From: Macrostomum lignano
Taxonomy: Eukaryota
Assembly (NCBI GenBank): GCA_002269645.1
Contig: NIVC01003754.1
Coordinates: 14,804-78,803, forward strand
DNA length: 64,000 nucleotides
Reading direction: 5' to 3'
Position numbers and translations under genes: made by a program. Every line of letters starts with the position of its first letter. The stretch's first letter is position 1. Below are positions 48,221-59,579 of this stretch, piece by piece. Under the pieces are notes generated by a model. It did no database searches. It saw only the letters and a program-made list of their open reading frames with translations, and was not told the origin of the DNA.

Positions 48221-50058
48221 ACTGCACAGGCCATGCAGTCATTATATTTGCAGAGCCATTTTATTTGCGCACTGGAGCCTCCTGTACACGTCGGCAGACG
48301 ACCGCAGCCGGGGCGGTGTCGGCGTGCAGATCGGACCGCGCCTTCGGCAGAGCGTGCACTGCGCTTCGCTGTCCCCGCGACTGATGCGGGTCGACCAGCG
48401 CCTGCGCGCCTTCTGCATCCGGCTGTTCTGTGCGTATGCACCCACCGCTGCTCACCCCGAGGAGGCTCGTGCCTTCTTCGACTTCCTGGCTGGGCAGCTG
48501 GAAGAGGTGCCAAACCGCGACACGCTGGCGGTGCTCGGAGACCTGAACGCAGTTCCGCGGCGGTCCGAGTGCTCACCCTTTGTCGCGGGACGCGAGAACA
48601 AAGGTTTCATGAACCGCGTGCTCGCCGGCGCTTCTGCGACCACTGAGTGGACCGTCGAGCACATCGTGCCGATCCCGAAGAAGGCAGGGACAACGCGGAA
48701 AGAAGACCACCGCGGGATCTCACTGATGTCCTGCACCACGAAGCTCTTCAACCGGCTGCTGCTCGATCGTCTGCAGTCGGTGCTGGACGGCCATAGCTGC
48801 GGTACGAGCAGAACGGATTCCGGCCGCAACGCGGCACAGTGACACGACACAGATCCTTGCACTCCGCCGCGCCGTGTCATCGAAGAGGCGCGCATCCGCC
48901 AGTCTACGCTGATCACATTGTCTTCGTTGACTTTCGAAAGGCGTTTGACTCGGTGTTGAGAGCCGCGCTCCCCTTTGTCCTTCGAGCCTACCGGGGTACC
49001 CCAGTAGCTAATCGACGCTGTCATGGCGCTGTATCGCGACACTCAAGCTGCTGTGGTGACGGCGGACGGCTTGATACTTCATTAGGAGTTCTGCAGGGCG
49101 ATACGCTGGCGCCGTTTCTCTTCGTGTTGCTGCTGGACTGGGTGCTTTGGACCGCACTCCCCTCGGCTGACGACGGCTTCCTGCTACGCAGACGCATCGG
49201 TCACCGCCACGGCGAAAAGAGCCTGAGCGTGCTTGGCTACGCCGACGACCTCGCCTTCCTGTCCTCGTCCGTTGAAGGCGCCCAGCGCCAGATCGACAGG
49301 TTGGTCGAGGTGGCATCGAGCATCGGACTGGTTGTCAACACGCTGAAGACCGAGATGCTGACTGTGCCGGCCGACATCCCAGCGGACCTGACATGCCGCG
49401 GCAGAAGGGCAGACGACCACGCTTGCACGCTGCCAGCGGTTCGCCTACCTTGGCGGTCTGGTACCCCACGTGGACGAAGACCTCCGGCAGAGAACTTGCC
49501 TGGGCTGATCCGGAAAAAGAACTTGATCCGGGCCGTCGTCCAGTCCGAAGCGCTGCGCCCGACCGTCAGAGGGCTCGGCTGTGGCAGGCGCGCGGTGGTC
49601 GAAACCATCCTGCTCTACGGTCGTACAACGCCGAGACGTGGACGCTGATGGCTACGCTGGAGCGGCAGCTGGACTCGGTGCACTCAGGGCTGCTCCATGC
49701 GGCCTTTCGAGCTGATAAGAGCTTCGGGACCGAGGCCCGTACGATCGGGCCAAGCTGCAGCGCCCGTCATCATCCTGCGCCGGCGGCGACTACAACTGGC
49801 GGGCCACGTGATCCGGGCCGAAGGCTACTGCCCCCAATCTGTTCAGGACATCCTGCTGCTCACGCTGCAGGGCCCACTCAGGCGGGCTCAAGCCCAAACC
49901 CGTCGATACGTGGACTGCCTCCTACGCGACGCCGGGGCGCCCGACACTGCCAACGGGGCGGACTTCGTCCGCTCTCAGGCTCTGCGGCGCGCCATCTGAC
50001 GCACCCTGCTTTGTGACTTTGCTTGCGGGGCTGCGTAATTTGTTGTTGTTGTTTGTTG
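48221..50058 (+). pseudogene. 5'-truncated, frameshifted RTE-type non-LTR retrotransposon (APE endonuclease plus RT)
   Basis: EN motifs GGVG, CAYAPT, VLGDLNA. RT motifs IVPIPKK, RGISL, FVDFRKAFDSV, GVLQGDTLAPFLF, GYADDL. Ends in a (TTG)n tail. Candidate 9-bp TSD TTTAATACC at 48212-48220 and 50059-50067. Confidence 0.88.
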
Positions 50059-51099
50059 TTTAATACCTTTAATTATTTTTCACTCCTTAATGATCTCATC
50101 TCAACTTTCACTTTTCCCACAATACTTAACTTCTGCTAAGCGCTAGCGCGACCCCGCAACCGCGGCACTGCCGAACATCAAATGGAAGTCGCGTATGATA
50201 AATATGCATACATTTGATGGGTTTCGACCTTCCGGCCCCCTTGTGGGGGAGCCTTTGGGCCTTGGGTCTCAGAAATAAATCAATTAGAGTCCTGGCCCCC
50301 CACTCCTGTCAGATGGTCAGCCCCATGGTAGCTTGATCGTGTGGCGAGCAGCCTAGGTCCTATAGCTAAGAGAGGGACAGCGAGAGACAAGCAGGGAGAA
50401 TTTTGAAAGTAGAAATTAGTTAATCCGCAGATTAGCTAACTCGCTGCCACCAGCCCGTGCGTCCAGGCTCACCACACCGGGACTCTCGAAATCGGGCTTC
50501 CGACTAGAAGGTGCACTTACCTGCCAACTAGTGTCTTTTTGCTGTCAATCTCGAAGTCATAGCCGATGATAAGGGACACTGCTGGGACTAGATCGCATTG
50601 GCCATGCAGGTACAGAGGGGACTTGTGCAGGGGATCCTTGCGGTGGCGAGTCTATGGGGTAGCTACATGTACTATTACATTGCTAAATACGAAGATATGT
50701 ACTTTTGGCCTTCAACGCGCCAACTAGCCTCTCATAGCGCTGATGATAGGCTAACTCGAACTTCAGAAACCGCATGATTCATTACCCGAGCCGCTTGGCG
50801 AATCTAGAGTGCACAGAGTACATCTCTGGAGCCGATTCTGCACTATTGGCAATTTCGCTAACTGATTTGATAGATTGATCGACTGAGAATTGCCTTGCCA
50901 TTGGTCTACTGTGACCGGCGCCTATACTAGCTTAGCTATTCATCCGAGCCATCGGCGAACAAAGAAATAAAACCGATAAAAATAACTGTCAGATTTAACC
51001 TTCTCCTCAGATCACTTCACACTTCAGATTGAATTGGAGTTTTAGACTACTATAGCAGTATTATTGAATGACTTCTGCCTCAGCAACAGCACTACTGAA

Positions 51100-51663
51100 C
51101 AAAAAGAGCAAAAGTGTGCGCCTAATCCATGCAGCTACTGAACAGGGGACAGATAAGGAATCACCCAATCAAGCAAGTCTAGGCAGCCTCTCACCCAACC
51201 AATCAGAAACTCAACGGCCGGAGACCAGGTAATCCACAGTGACCGAATCGGCTTAGTGCTTCGCAGCTGTAGACCCGGGATGGTGCTGATGTCACGGTCT
51301 TCGCAGATAGCTAGCAGGTGATGCTCTTAACTTTGATGTTCGCTGCTGATGACCGGGGGGACTCGTCCTTGATGATGATGGGGGAGGTCGCAATCCGGGG
51401 ATCAAGAAACGACGGTCGCGCTCCGGGATGTCTCAAGCTAGGCTAAGGTCCCAGGAGGAGTTGGTCCAAGCGGGCCAAAAACACCGGTTTAAATAGCCGC
51501 CAATTGGACCGCAGTTTGTTATAATGGAACACGTCGATTCTGATTGGCTGAGCCGATTTGTTAAAATGAGCGCCGAATTTTCTGATTGGCTAAGCTTGTT
51601 GCTACCCAGAATCATGTGACCGGGAGATCCTATCAGTTCCCACAGGGTCGTAAAAACATGACA
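51100..51663 (-). mobile_element. Possible LTR/U3-like sequence (left boundary undefined)
   Basis: Minus strand starts TGTCATG, then two AGCCAATCAG boxes and a TATTTAAA. No matching CA end, TSD or PBS found. Confidence 0.3.
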
Positions 51664-52605
51664 GGTGCGGCCATAAATCAATCAAAATCGCAACAAAATG
51701 ATTTATGACTTTTCGCGTAGGATTGACAGAAATTAATGAAAAAATATACACTATAGAAAGCTCTTATTAAATAGAAAGTGAAGATAATGAAGAGAAATCA
51801 CTAATCGCTAATCCCAAAGTACTTTTAGGGGTAAAACGCATAGCTGTCAAAGCTGTCACACGCTTGAGTGAACACGAACAATAGGCTCTGACCTCATAAA
51901 TCTTGATGGCCTGTCAAAATGATGAGAAACAAGCTACCGCCCGCATCCTCTCAGACCATCTGGCGCCCGCCTCAACACTGAGTGAGGCACAGGTGGCTGT
52001 CAGACCAGCTTTGAAAGCGATGATTTATGGCCCAAAAAGCTGCGCCTATGTTATTATGACTACTAGTATGACCAAACATTATATCTAGTATATAGATTCT
52101 ATGACAATTTCCAGAAATAGGATAAAAATGCTCATTGCCCACTGTTAGTAGGCTAGTAAGCTTAGAGCCCATGTGCTAGCGCGGGATTTGGAAAGTGCGT
52201 CCTCATCACATTTACATGTAAATAATAAGCCACATTTATTACATGTACGCAGCTCAGTTCGTTATACCGAAGTCCGTACGTCTTGTCGAGTTCTTCGCGG
52301 TGCATGGATCCAGAAATTTTTGTAGGGGCCAAATAAGCAAAAAATGAAAATACTTTCCCCGGAACCCCTTAATTACAGTGCATGTATATGCATGCCCAGC
52401 CTCAGCAAAAAAGGGGCGCCCCCCCCCCCTGGATCCGCCGCTGCACTGAATTCTTTGCCCGTCGACAGGCAGTCGCTATTAAAAACGACTTTTACAACTC
52501 TTCGAAATTGCTTTTTGCTCTGAGAAATACGCGGTAATTTCGGTGATGGCAGTTTCACGCGACTTACAGTAGTAGACAGTAGTATACAGTATTGACACAA
52601 TCAAT

Positions 52606-53076
52606 TTTCAACTATTTTGACACAATCGTGTAAAATTTCGAGTCTCAAAGTCAATCCTGAACGGCGCTATGCACTTTTAAAGTTAGTCTGCTTTTTTCAG
52701 CGAGACAGCCACCCCAACCTCCGCCCGCCTGCCTCTCCCGATCTGGGCCCAGATGTGTAAAAGGGTTTCAAAATTGACTAACTTTCAGCTGCCATAAGTT
52801 TGCTCCACGTAAAGCGATTGACTTCAAACTTGACACAATTCTTCATTGACTCATTCTCTGTCTAAATGTAAAGTTTCAACTCTGTAACTCAACCGAAAAA
52901 GAAACTGTAAGCATGTGAAGTTTGTCTGCTTTTTCTGTTGTTTGTGCCACTCACTCACTCATTCCCCCAGAGCCAGACGAAGGGTCAGGCGATAGGGCTC
53001 AATGTACATAGCGAATGTACAGTGTTTTGGAATAACTTTATTTATAACCTTCTCTGCACCCCGAGAGTGGAGAGGC
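52606..53076 (+). mobile_element. Uninterrupted copy of the repeat hosting the CACTA element (empty site)
   Basis: TCATTCTC-TG-TCTAAATG here versus TCATTCTC-TA-[CACTA]-TA-TCTAAATG at 19873/26621. Confidence 0.9.
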
Positions 53077-53328
53077 TACGTTTAGCCATAACAGTTTAGT
53101 GAGAAACTAGCAATCTACGCCCCCGTTGGGGAGCCAAAGAAATGCAATACACGTTTTTTTAATAAGCTACATGTATCCTTGAAATCTTAAAAAATCTCCT
53201 GTCAAACCTTGTTAGCCTTGACATGTCAGTTATCCCCCCCACAAGCTTTAACATATCAACTTCCCCCCTTGACATCTCAGCAATGCCCCCAATAAGCCTT
53301 GGAAATCTAAAAATATCTGTCAACCTTC

Positions 53329-53372
53329 TAACCCTAACCCTAGCCTAACCCTAACCCTAACCCTAACCCTAA
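53329..53372. repeat. Interstitial telomeric repeat (TAACCC)6 with one variant
   Basis: Directly visible. Confidence 0.95.
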
Positions 53373-53429
53373 AGCATTGAAATTTCAGTAATTCTCTCTA
53401 AGAGTCATTATAGCACTACTACAGCATTA

Positions 53430-53859
53430 CAGGGGCGTAGCCAGAGGGGGGTCAAGGGGGGCCGTGGCCCCCCCATAATCACCAACTCTGGCCTTGGCGC
53501 CCCCCCCTAAAAGAAACTGGCGCCCCCCCCCTAAAAGAAACTGGCGCCCCCCCTCCTAAAAGAAACTGGCGCCCCCCTAAAAAAAACTGGCGCCCCCCTA
53601 AAAGAAACTGGAGCCCCCCTTAAAGAAACTGGCGCCCCCCCCTCCTAAAAGAAACTGGCGCCCCGTATAAGAAACTGGCGCTCCCCCCTAAAATAAACTG
53701 GCGCCCCCCTAAAAGAAACTGGCGCCCCCTAAAAGAAACTGGCGCCCCCCTAAAAGAAAATGGCGCCCCCCTACAAGAAACTGGCGCGCCCCCTATAAGA
53801 AGCTGGCGCCCCCTAACTCAAGGCCCCCCCCCCAAACAAAATTCCTGGCTACGCCCCTG
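53430..53859. mobile_element. hAT-type MITE with internal ~22-24-bp tandem repeat
   Basis: 15-bp TIR CAGGGGCGTAGCCAG; perfect 8-bp TSD CAGCATTA. Empty site CAGGATTA at 58696-58703. Internal unit CTGGCGCCCCCCCTAAAAGAAA, ~14 copies. Confidence 0.92.
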
Positions 53860-54519
53860 CAGCATTATAGCGATTCCTTGCAAGCCTCAACATCGTAGGG
53901 ATTCCCAAATGAATCTCTTAACTTCGACATGAAGCTTCTTTTATTTTTTACATTACGCTTTTTTATCAGCGATCCCTCCCCTGAGGAGGCATCAAATAAT
54001 GTAATAAAAATTTTTCAATAAACTACATGTAGCTTCTGACTTTAGCCTTGAAATCTCATTTATACCCCCGTGAGCCTTGACATCTTAGCTATTCCCCCCG
54101 TAAGCCTTAACATGTCAGCGATGGCCCCCATAAACCTAGCAATTCCCAAATGAATCTTTTAACTTCGACATGACTTTTCTTTATGTATACATAGTGCTAC
54201 TTTTATTTTTTACATGACTTTTCTTCTATCAGCGCCCCCCCGTGACGAGCCAACAAAGAATGCAATAAAAATGGAGTAAAGTACATGAACTTTGAAGTAG
54301 CTTCTGACTTTTGCTTTGACATCTCAGAAACCCCCCCCCCGTAATCTCAGTTATTCTCTGAGAGCCTTTACGTCTCAGTTTTTCTCCCCAGCACAGCATT
54401 ATAGCTGCATTTAATTTTTACATGAACCCTTCATGTCTGACATGACGCTTCTTTTATTCTACCATGATGCTTCTTAATTTTTTAAATGACACTTTCATTA
54501 GTTTTAAATGAGGCTTCTA

Positions 54520-55608
54520 TGATTTTTTCTTGACGCTTCTATGATTTTTACATGACGCTTCTATGATTGTTTACATGACGCTTCTACGATTTTTTACATG
54601 ACGCTTCTATGATTGTTTACATGACGCTTCTATGATTGTTTACATGACGCTTCTATGATTGTTTACATGACGCTTCTATGATTTTTTACATGACGCTTCT
54701 ATGATTGTTTACATGACGCTTCTATGATGTTTTACATGGCGCTTCTATGATTGTTTACATGACGCTTCTATGATTGTTTACATGACGCTTCTATGATTGT
54801 TTACATGACGCTTCTAAGATTTTTTACATGACGCTTCTATGATTTTTTACATGACGCTTCTATGATTGTTTACATGACGCTTCTATGATTTTTAAATGAC
54901 GCTTCTATGATTGTTTACATGACGCTTCTACGATTTTTATATGACGCTTCTATGATTTTTTAAATGACGCTTCTATGATTTTTTAAATGACGCATCTATG
55001 ATTTTTATATGACGCTTCTATGATTGTTTACATGACGCTTCTATGATTGTTTACATGACGCTTCTATGATTTTTTACATGACGCTTCTATGATTTTTTAA
55101 ATGACGCTTCTATGATTTTTATATGACGCTTCTACGATTTTTTACATGACGCTTCTATGATTGTTTACATGACGCTTCTATGATTTTTTAAATGACGCTT
55201 CTATGATTGTTTACATGACGCTTCTACGATTTTTATATGACGCTTTTATGATTTTTTAAATGACGCTTCTATGATTTTTTACAAGACGCTTCTATGATTT
55301 TTTACATGACGCTTCTATGATTGTTTACATGACGCTTCTATGATTGTTTACATGACGCTTCTATGATTGTTTACATGACGCTTCTATGATTGTTTACATG
55401 ACGCTTCTACGATTTTTATATGACGCTTCTATGATTTTTTAAATGACGCTTCTATGATTTTTTACAAGACGCTTCTATGATTTTTTACATGACGCTTCTA
55501 TGATTGTTTACATGACGCTTCTATGATTGTTTACATGACGCTTCTATGATTGTTTACATGACGCTTCTATGATTGTTTACATGACGCTTCTATGATTTTT
55601 TACATGAC
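54520..55608. repeat. 23-bp satellite (CATGACGCTTCTATGATT[G/T]TTTA), array 1
   Basis: Directly visible. Confidence 0.97.
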
Positions 55609-56159
55609 CTCAACCCACACCTGACCTAAACCTATCTTTAACCCAACCTAAAGCCTTGAAATCTCAGCAATTCTTCTCCCCTAAGCCTTGGCATTTTAGT
55701 GTTTCCTTCTTTAAGAATCACAGCACTATAACGATTTCCACCAAGCTTTGACATCGTAGCAATTCCCAAATGAATCTTTTAACTTCGACATGACTTTTCT
55801 TATATGTATACATAGTGCTACTTTTATTTTTTACATGACTCTGCTTCTATCAGCGCCCCCCCTGTGGCGAGCCAACAAAGAATGTAATAAAAATTGAGTA
55901 AAGTACATGAACTTTGAAGTAGCTTCTGACTTTTGCTTTGACATCTCAGAGACCCCCACCTGTAATCTCAGTTATTCTCTGTGAGCCTTGACGTCTCAGT
56001 AATTCTCCCCAGCACAGCACTGTACTATAGCTTCATTTAACTTTTATATGACACCTTTCATGTCTGACATGACGCTTCTTTTAATTTTTACATGACGCTT
56101 CTTTTATTCTTCCATTATTCTTCTTAATTTATTAAATGACACTTTCATTAGTTTTTAAA

Positions 56160-57740
56160 TGAGGCTTCTATGATTGTTTGCATGACGCTTCTATGATTTT
56201 ACCATGACGCTTCTATTATTGTTTGCATGACGCTTCTATGATTTTTACATGACGCTACTATGATTTTTTTATGACGCTTCTATGATTTTTTACATGACGC
56301 TTCTATGATTTTTTACATTACGCTTCCATGATTTTTATATAACGCTTTTATGATTTTTTACATGGCGCTTCTATGATTTTTTATGACGCTTTTTTGACTT
56401 TTACATGACGCTTCTATGATTTTTTAAATGACGCTTCTATGATTTTTATATAAAGCTTTTACGATTTTTTACATGACGCTTCTATGATTGTTTACATGAC
56501 GCTTCTATGATTTTTTCATGACGCTTCTATGATTGTTTACATGACGCTTCTATGATTTTTACAGGAGGCTTCTATGATTTTTTCATGACGCTTCTATGAT
56601 TTTTTATGACGCTTTTATGACTTTTACATGACGCTTCTATGATTGTTTACATGACGCTTCTATGATTGTTTACATGACGCTTCTATCTTTTTTTTAAATG
56701 ACGCTTCTATGATTTTTATATGACGCTTCTATGATTTTTTACATGACGCTTCTATGATTGTTTACATGACGCTTCAATGATTTTTTACATGACGCTTCAA
56801 TGATTGTTTACATGACGCTTCAATGATTGTTTACATGACGCTTCTACGATTTGTTACATGACGCTTCTATGATTGTTTACATGACGCTTCTATGATTTTT
56901 TACATGACGCTTCTATGATTTTTTACATGACGCTTCTATGATTTTTTACATGACGCTTCTATGATTTTTTACATGACGCTTCTATGATTTTTTACATGAC
57001 GCTTCTATGATTGTTTACATGACGCTTCTATGATTGTGTACATGACGCTTCTTTGATTTTTTACATGACGCTTCTATGATTTTTATATGACGCTTCTACG
57101 ATTTTTTACATGATGCTTCTATGATTGTTTACATGACGCTTCTATGATTGTTTACATGACGCTTCTATGATTGTTTACATGACGCTTCTATGATTTTTTA
57201 CATGACGTTTCTATGATTGTTTACATGACGCTTCAATGATTTTTTACATGACGCTTCAATGATTGTTTACATGACGCTTCTATGATTGTTTACATGACGC
57301 TTCTATGATTGTTTACATGACGTTTCTATGATTTTTTACATGACGCTTTTATGATTTTTTACATGACGCTTTTATGATTTTTTAAATGACGCTTCCATGA
57401 TTTTTTACATGACGCTTCCATGATTGTTTACATGACGCTTCTATGATTGTTTACATGACGCTTCTATGATTGTTTACATGACGCTTTTATGATTGTTTAC
57501 ATGACGCTTCTATGATTGTTTACATGACGTTTCTATGATTTTTTACATGACGCTTTTATGATTTTTTACATGACGCTTCCATGATTTTTAACATGACGCT
57601 TCTATGATTGTTTACATGACGTTTCTATGATTGTTTACATGACGCTTCTATGATTGTTTACATGACGCTTCTATGATTGTTTACATGACGCTTCTATGAT
57701 TGTTTACATGACTCTTCTATGATTGTTTACATGACGCCTT
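56160..57740. repeat. 23-bp satellite, array 2
   Basis: Directly visible. Separated from array 1 by a non-satellite module that duplicates ~54140-54520. Confidence 0.97.
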
Positions 57741-57786
57741 TTATCCTTTATTTGTCCTTTAATAAAAGCTTTCAATAAAAAAACTT

Positions 57787-57857
57787 TTCACTACTATGAT
57801 TCGAACCCAGGTCACTGCATTAGCAGTCCAGTCTGTTCACATCTAGGCTAGCTCGTA
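57787..57857 (-). ncRNA. tRNA-derived segment (Ser-GCT-like anticodon loop), not a functional tRNA
   Basis: Minus strand: TAGCCTAGATGTGAACAGA-CTGGA-CTGCTAA-TGCAG-TGAC-CTGGG-TTCGAAT-CATAG with canonical cloverleaf spacing. T7 lies ~10 nt downstream (A7 at 57777-57783). No acceptor stem. Confidence 0.6.
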
Positions 57858-58579
57858 TCGAATTTTTAAATGAAATTGTAGCACTTATATAATTGAACAC
57901 TCCCTCACAAAGCAGTTATGACATAATAAATTTCCCAGGCAAGTCAGTATCAGTCTCAATTAAAGTTGACAACATGGTTACGCAATCTAAATCAAGTCTG
58001 GTGCTACGCTTCCACACTGCATTTTCAATACTGTGACGCAATTCAAGTCGGAGTTACAATTCAGTTATGATGCAATCTATTTCAGAATCAGAATTCAACC
58101 AGTCAGTTTTTTCTCTAGCATTCTTACAATGCATTTTAAGTCGAAAAGTTTGCTTGACCTTTGCAAAAAGCATGTTTTTCGAATATTTAATCGCTTTAAC
58201 ATGGAGCAATTTCTTAGCCAAGATGCATGTACCGTCACGGGAAAATTTCTGATCGAACAGTGCAAGTCTCATGAAAATCGGTTAAGCCATTTTTTCTCTA
58301 ATCGATTACAAGCAAGCAAGCAAGCAAGCAAGATTTTCATTTTTAGTATATAGGACTAGCAATCTACGCCCCCGTTGGGGAGCCAAAGAAATGCAATACA
58401 CGTTTTTTTAATAAGCTACATGTATCCTTGAAATCTTAAAAAATCTCCTGTCAAACCTTGTAAGCCTTGACATGTCAGTAATTCCCCCCCCACAAGCTTT
58501 AACATATCAACTTCCCCCCTTGACATCTCAGCAATGCCCCCAATAAGCCTTGGAAATCTAAAAATATCTGTCAACCTTC

Positions 58580-58646
58580 TAACCCTAACCCTAGCCTAAC
58601 CCTAACCCTAACCCTAACCCTAACCATAACCCTAACCTAACCCTAA
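58580..58646. repeat. Interstitial telomeric repeat, 8 TAACCC plus 3 variants
   Basis: Directly visible. Confidence 0.95.
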
Positions 58647-59579
58647 AGCATTGAAATTTCAGTAATTCTCTCTAAGAGTCATAATAGCACTACTACAGGA
58701 TTATAGCGATTCCCTACAAGCCTCGACATCGTAGGGATTCCCAAATGAATCTCTTAACTTCGACATGAAGCTTTTATTTTTTACATTACGCTTTTTATTA
58801 TCAGCGATCCCTCCCCTGAGGAGGCATCAAATAATGTAATAAAAATTACAAAAGTTTTCAATAAACTACATAGCTTCTACTTTAGCCTTGAAATCTCATT
58901 TATACCCCCGTGAGCCTTGACATCTCAGCTATTCCCCCCGTAAGCCTTGACATGTCAGCGATGGCCCCCATAAACCTTGAAAACTAAAAAATCCCCTGTT
59001 AACCTTGAAACCCGATAAAATATAACCCTCAACCAAACCTGACCTAAACCTAACTTTAACCCAACCTAAAGCCTTGAAATCTCAGCAATTCTTCTCCCCT
59101 AAGCCTTGACATTTTAGTGATTCCTTCTTAAGAATCACAGCACTATAACGATTTCCACCAAGCTTTGACATCGTAGCAATTCCCAAATGAATCTTTTAAC
59201 TTCGACATGACTTTTCTTTATATGTATACATAGTGCTACTTTTATTTTTTACATGACTCTTCTTCTATCAGCGCCCCCCGTGGCGAGCCAACAAAGAATG
59301 CAATAAAAAAATTGAGTAAAGTACATGAACTTTGAAGTAGCTTCTGACTTTTGCTTTGACATCTCAGAAACCCCCCCCGTAAACTCAGTTATTCTCTGAG
59401 AGCCTTTACGTCTCATATTCTCTGAGAGCCTTTACGTCTCAGTTTTTCTCCCCAGCACAGCATTATAGCTGCATTTAACTTTTACATGACACCCTTCATG
59501 TCTGACATGACGCTTCTTTTATTCTACCATGATGCTTCTTAATTTTTAAATGACACTTTCATTAGTTTATAAATGAGGC

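Larger units (their letters stand above)
53107..58355 (-). mobile_element. Non-autonomous Helitron-like element, copy 1 (5249 bp)
   Basis: Minus strand starts TC-CTATATACTAAAAATG-(TTGC)n and ends with hairpin GCTCCC-CAAC-GGGGGC, 8 nt, CTAG, then T. No TIR or TSD, no Rep/helicase ORF. Confidence 0.8.

Noticed and set aside
50041-51663. 1.6-kb solo LTR bounded by TGT...ACA
   Set aside because: The left TGTTG run is better explained as the RTE tail, and there is no TSD.
52300-52443. Possible hAT MITE (CAGCGGCGGATCCAG end)
   Set aside because: Left terminus degenerate and no TSD.
53329-53372. True chromosome end
   Set aside because: Short, interrupted, internal and duplicated within a repeat unit.
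57787-57857. Functional tRNA-Ser gene
   Set aside because: No acceptor stem, and mismatches in the anticodon and T stems; kept only as tRNA-derived.
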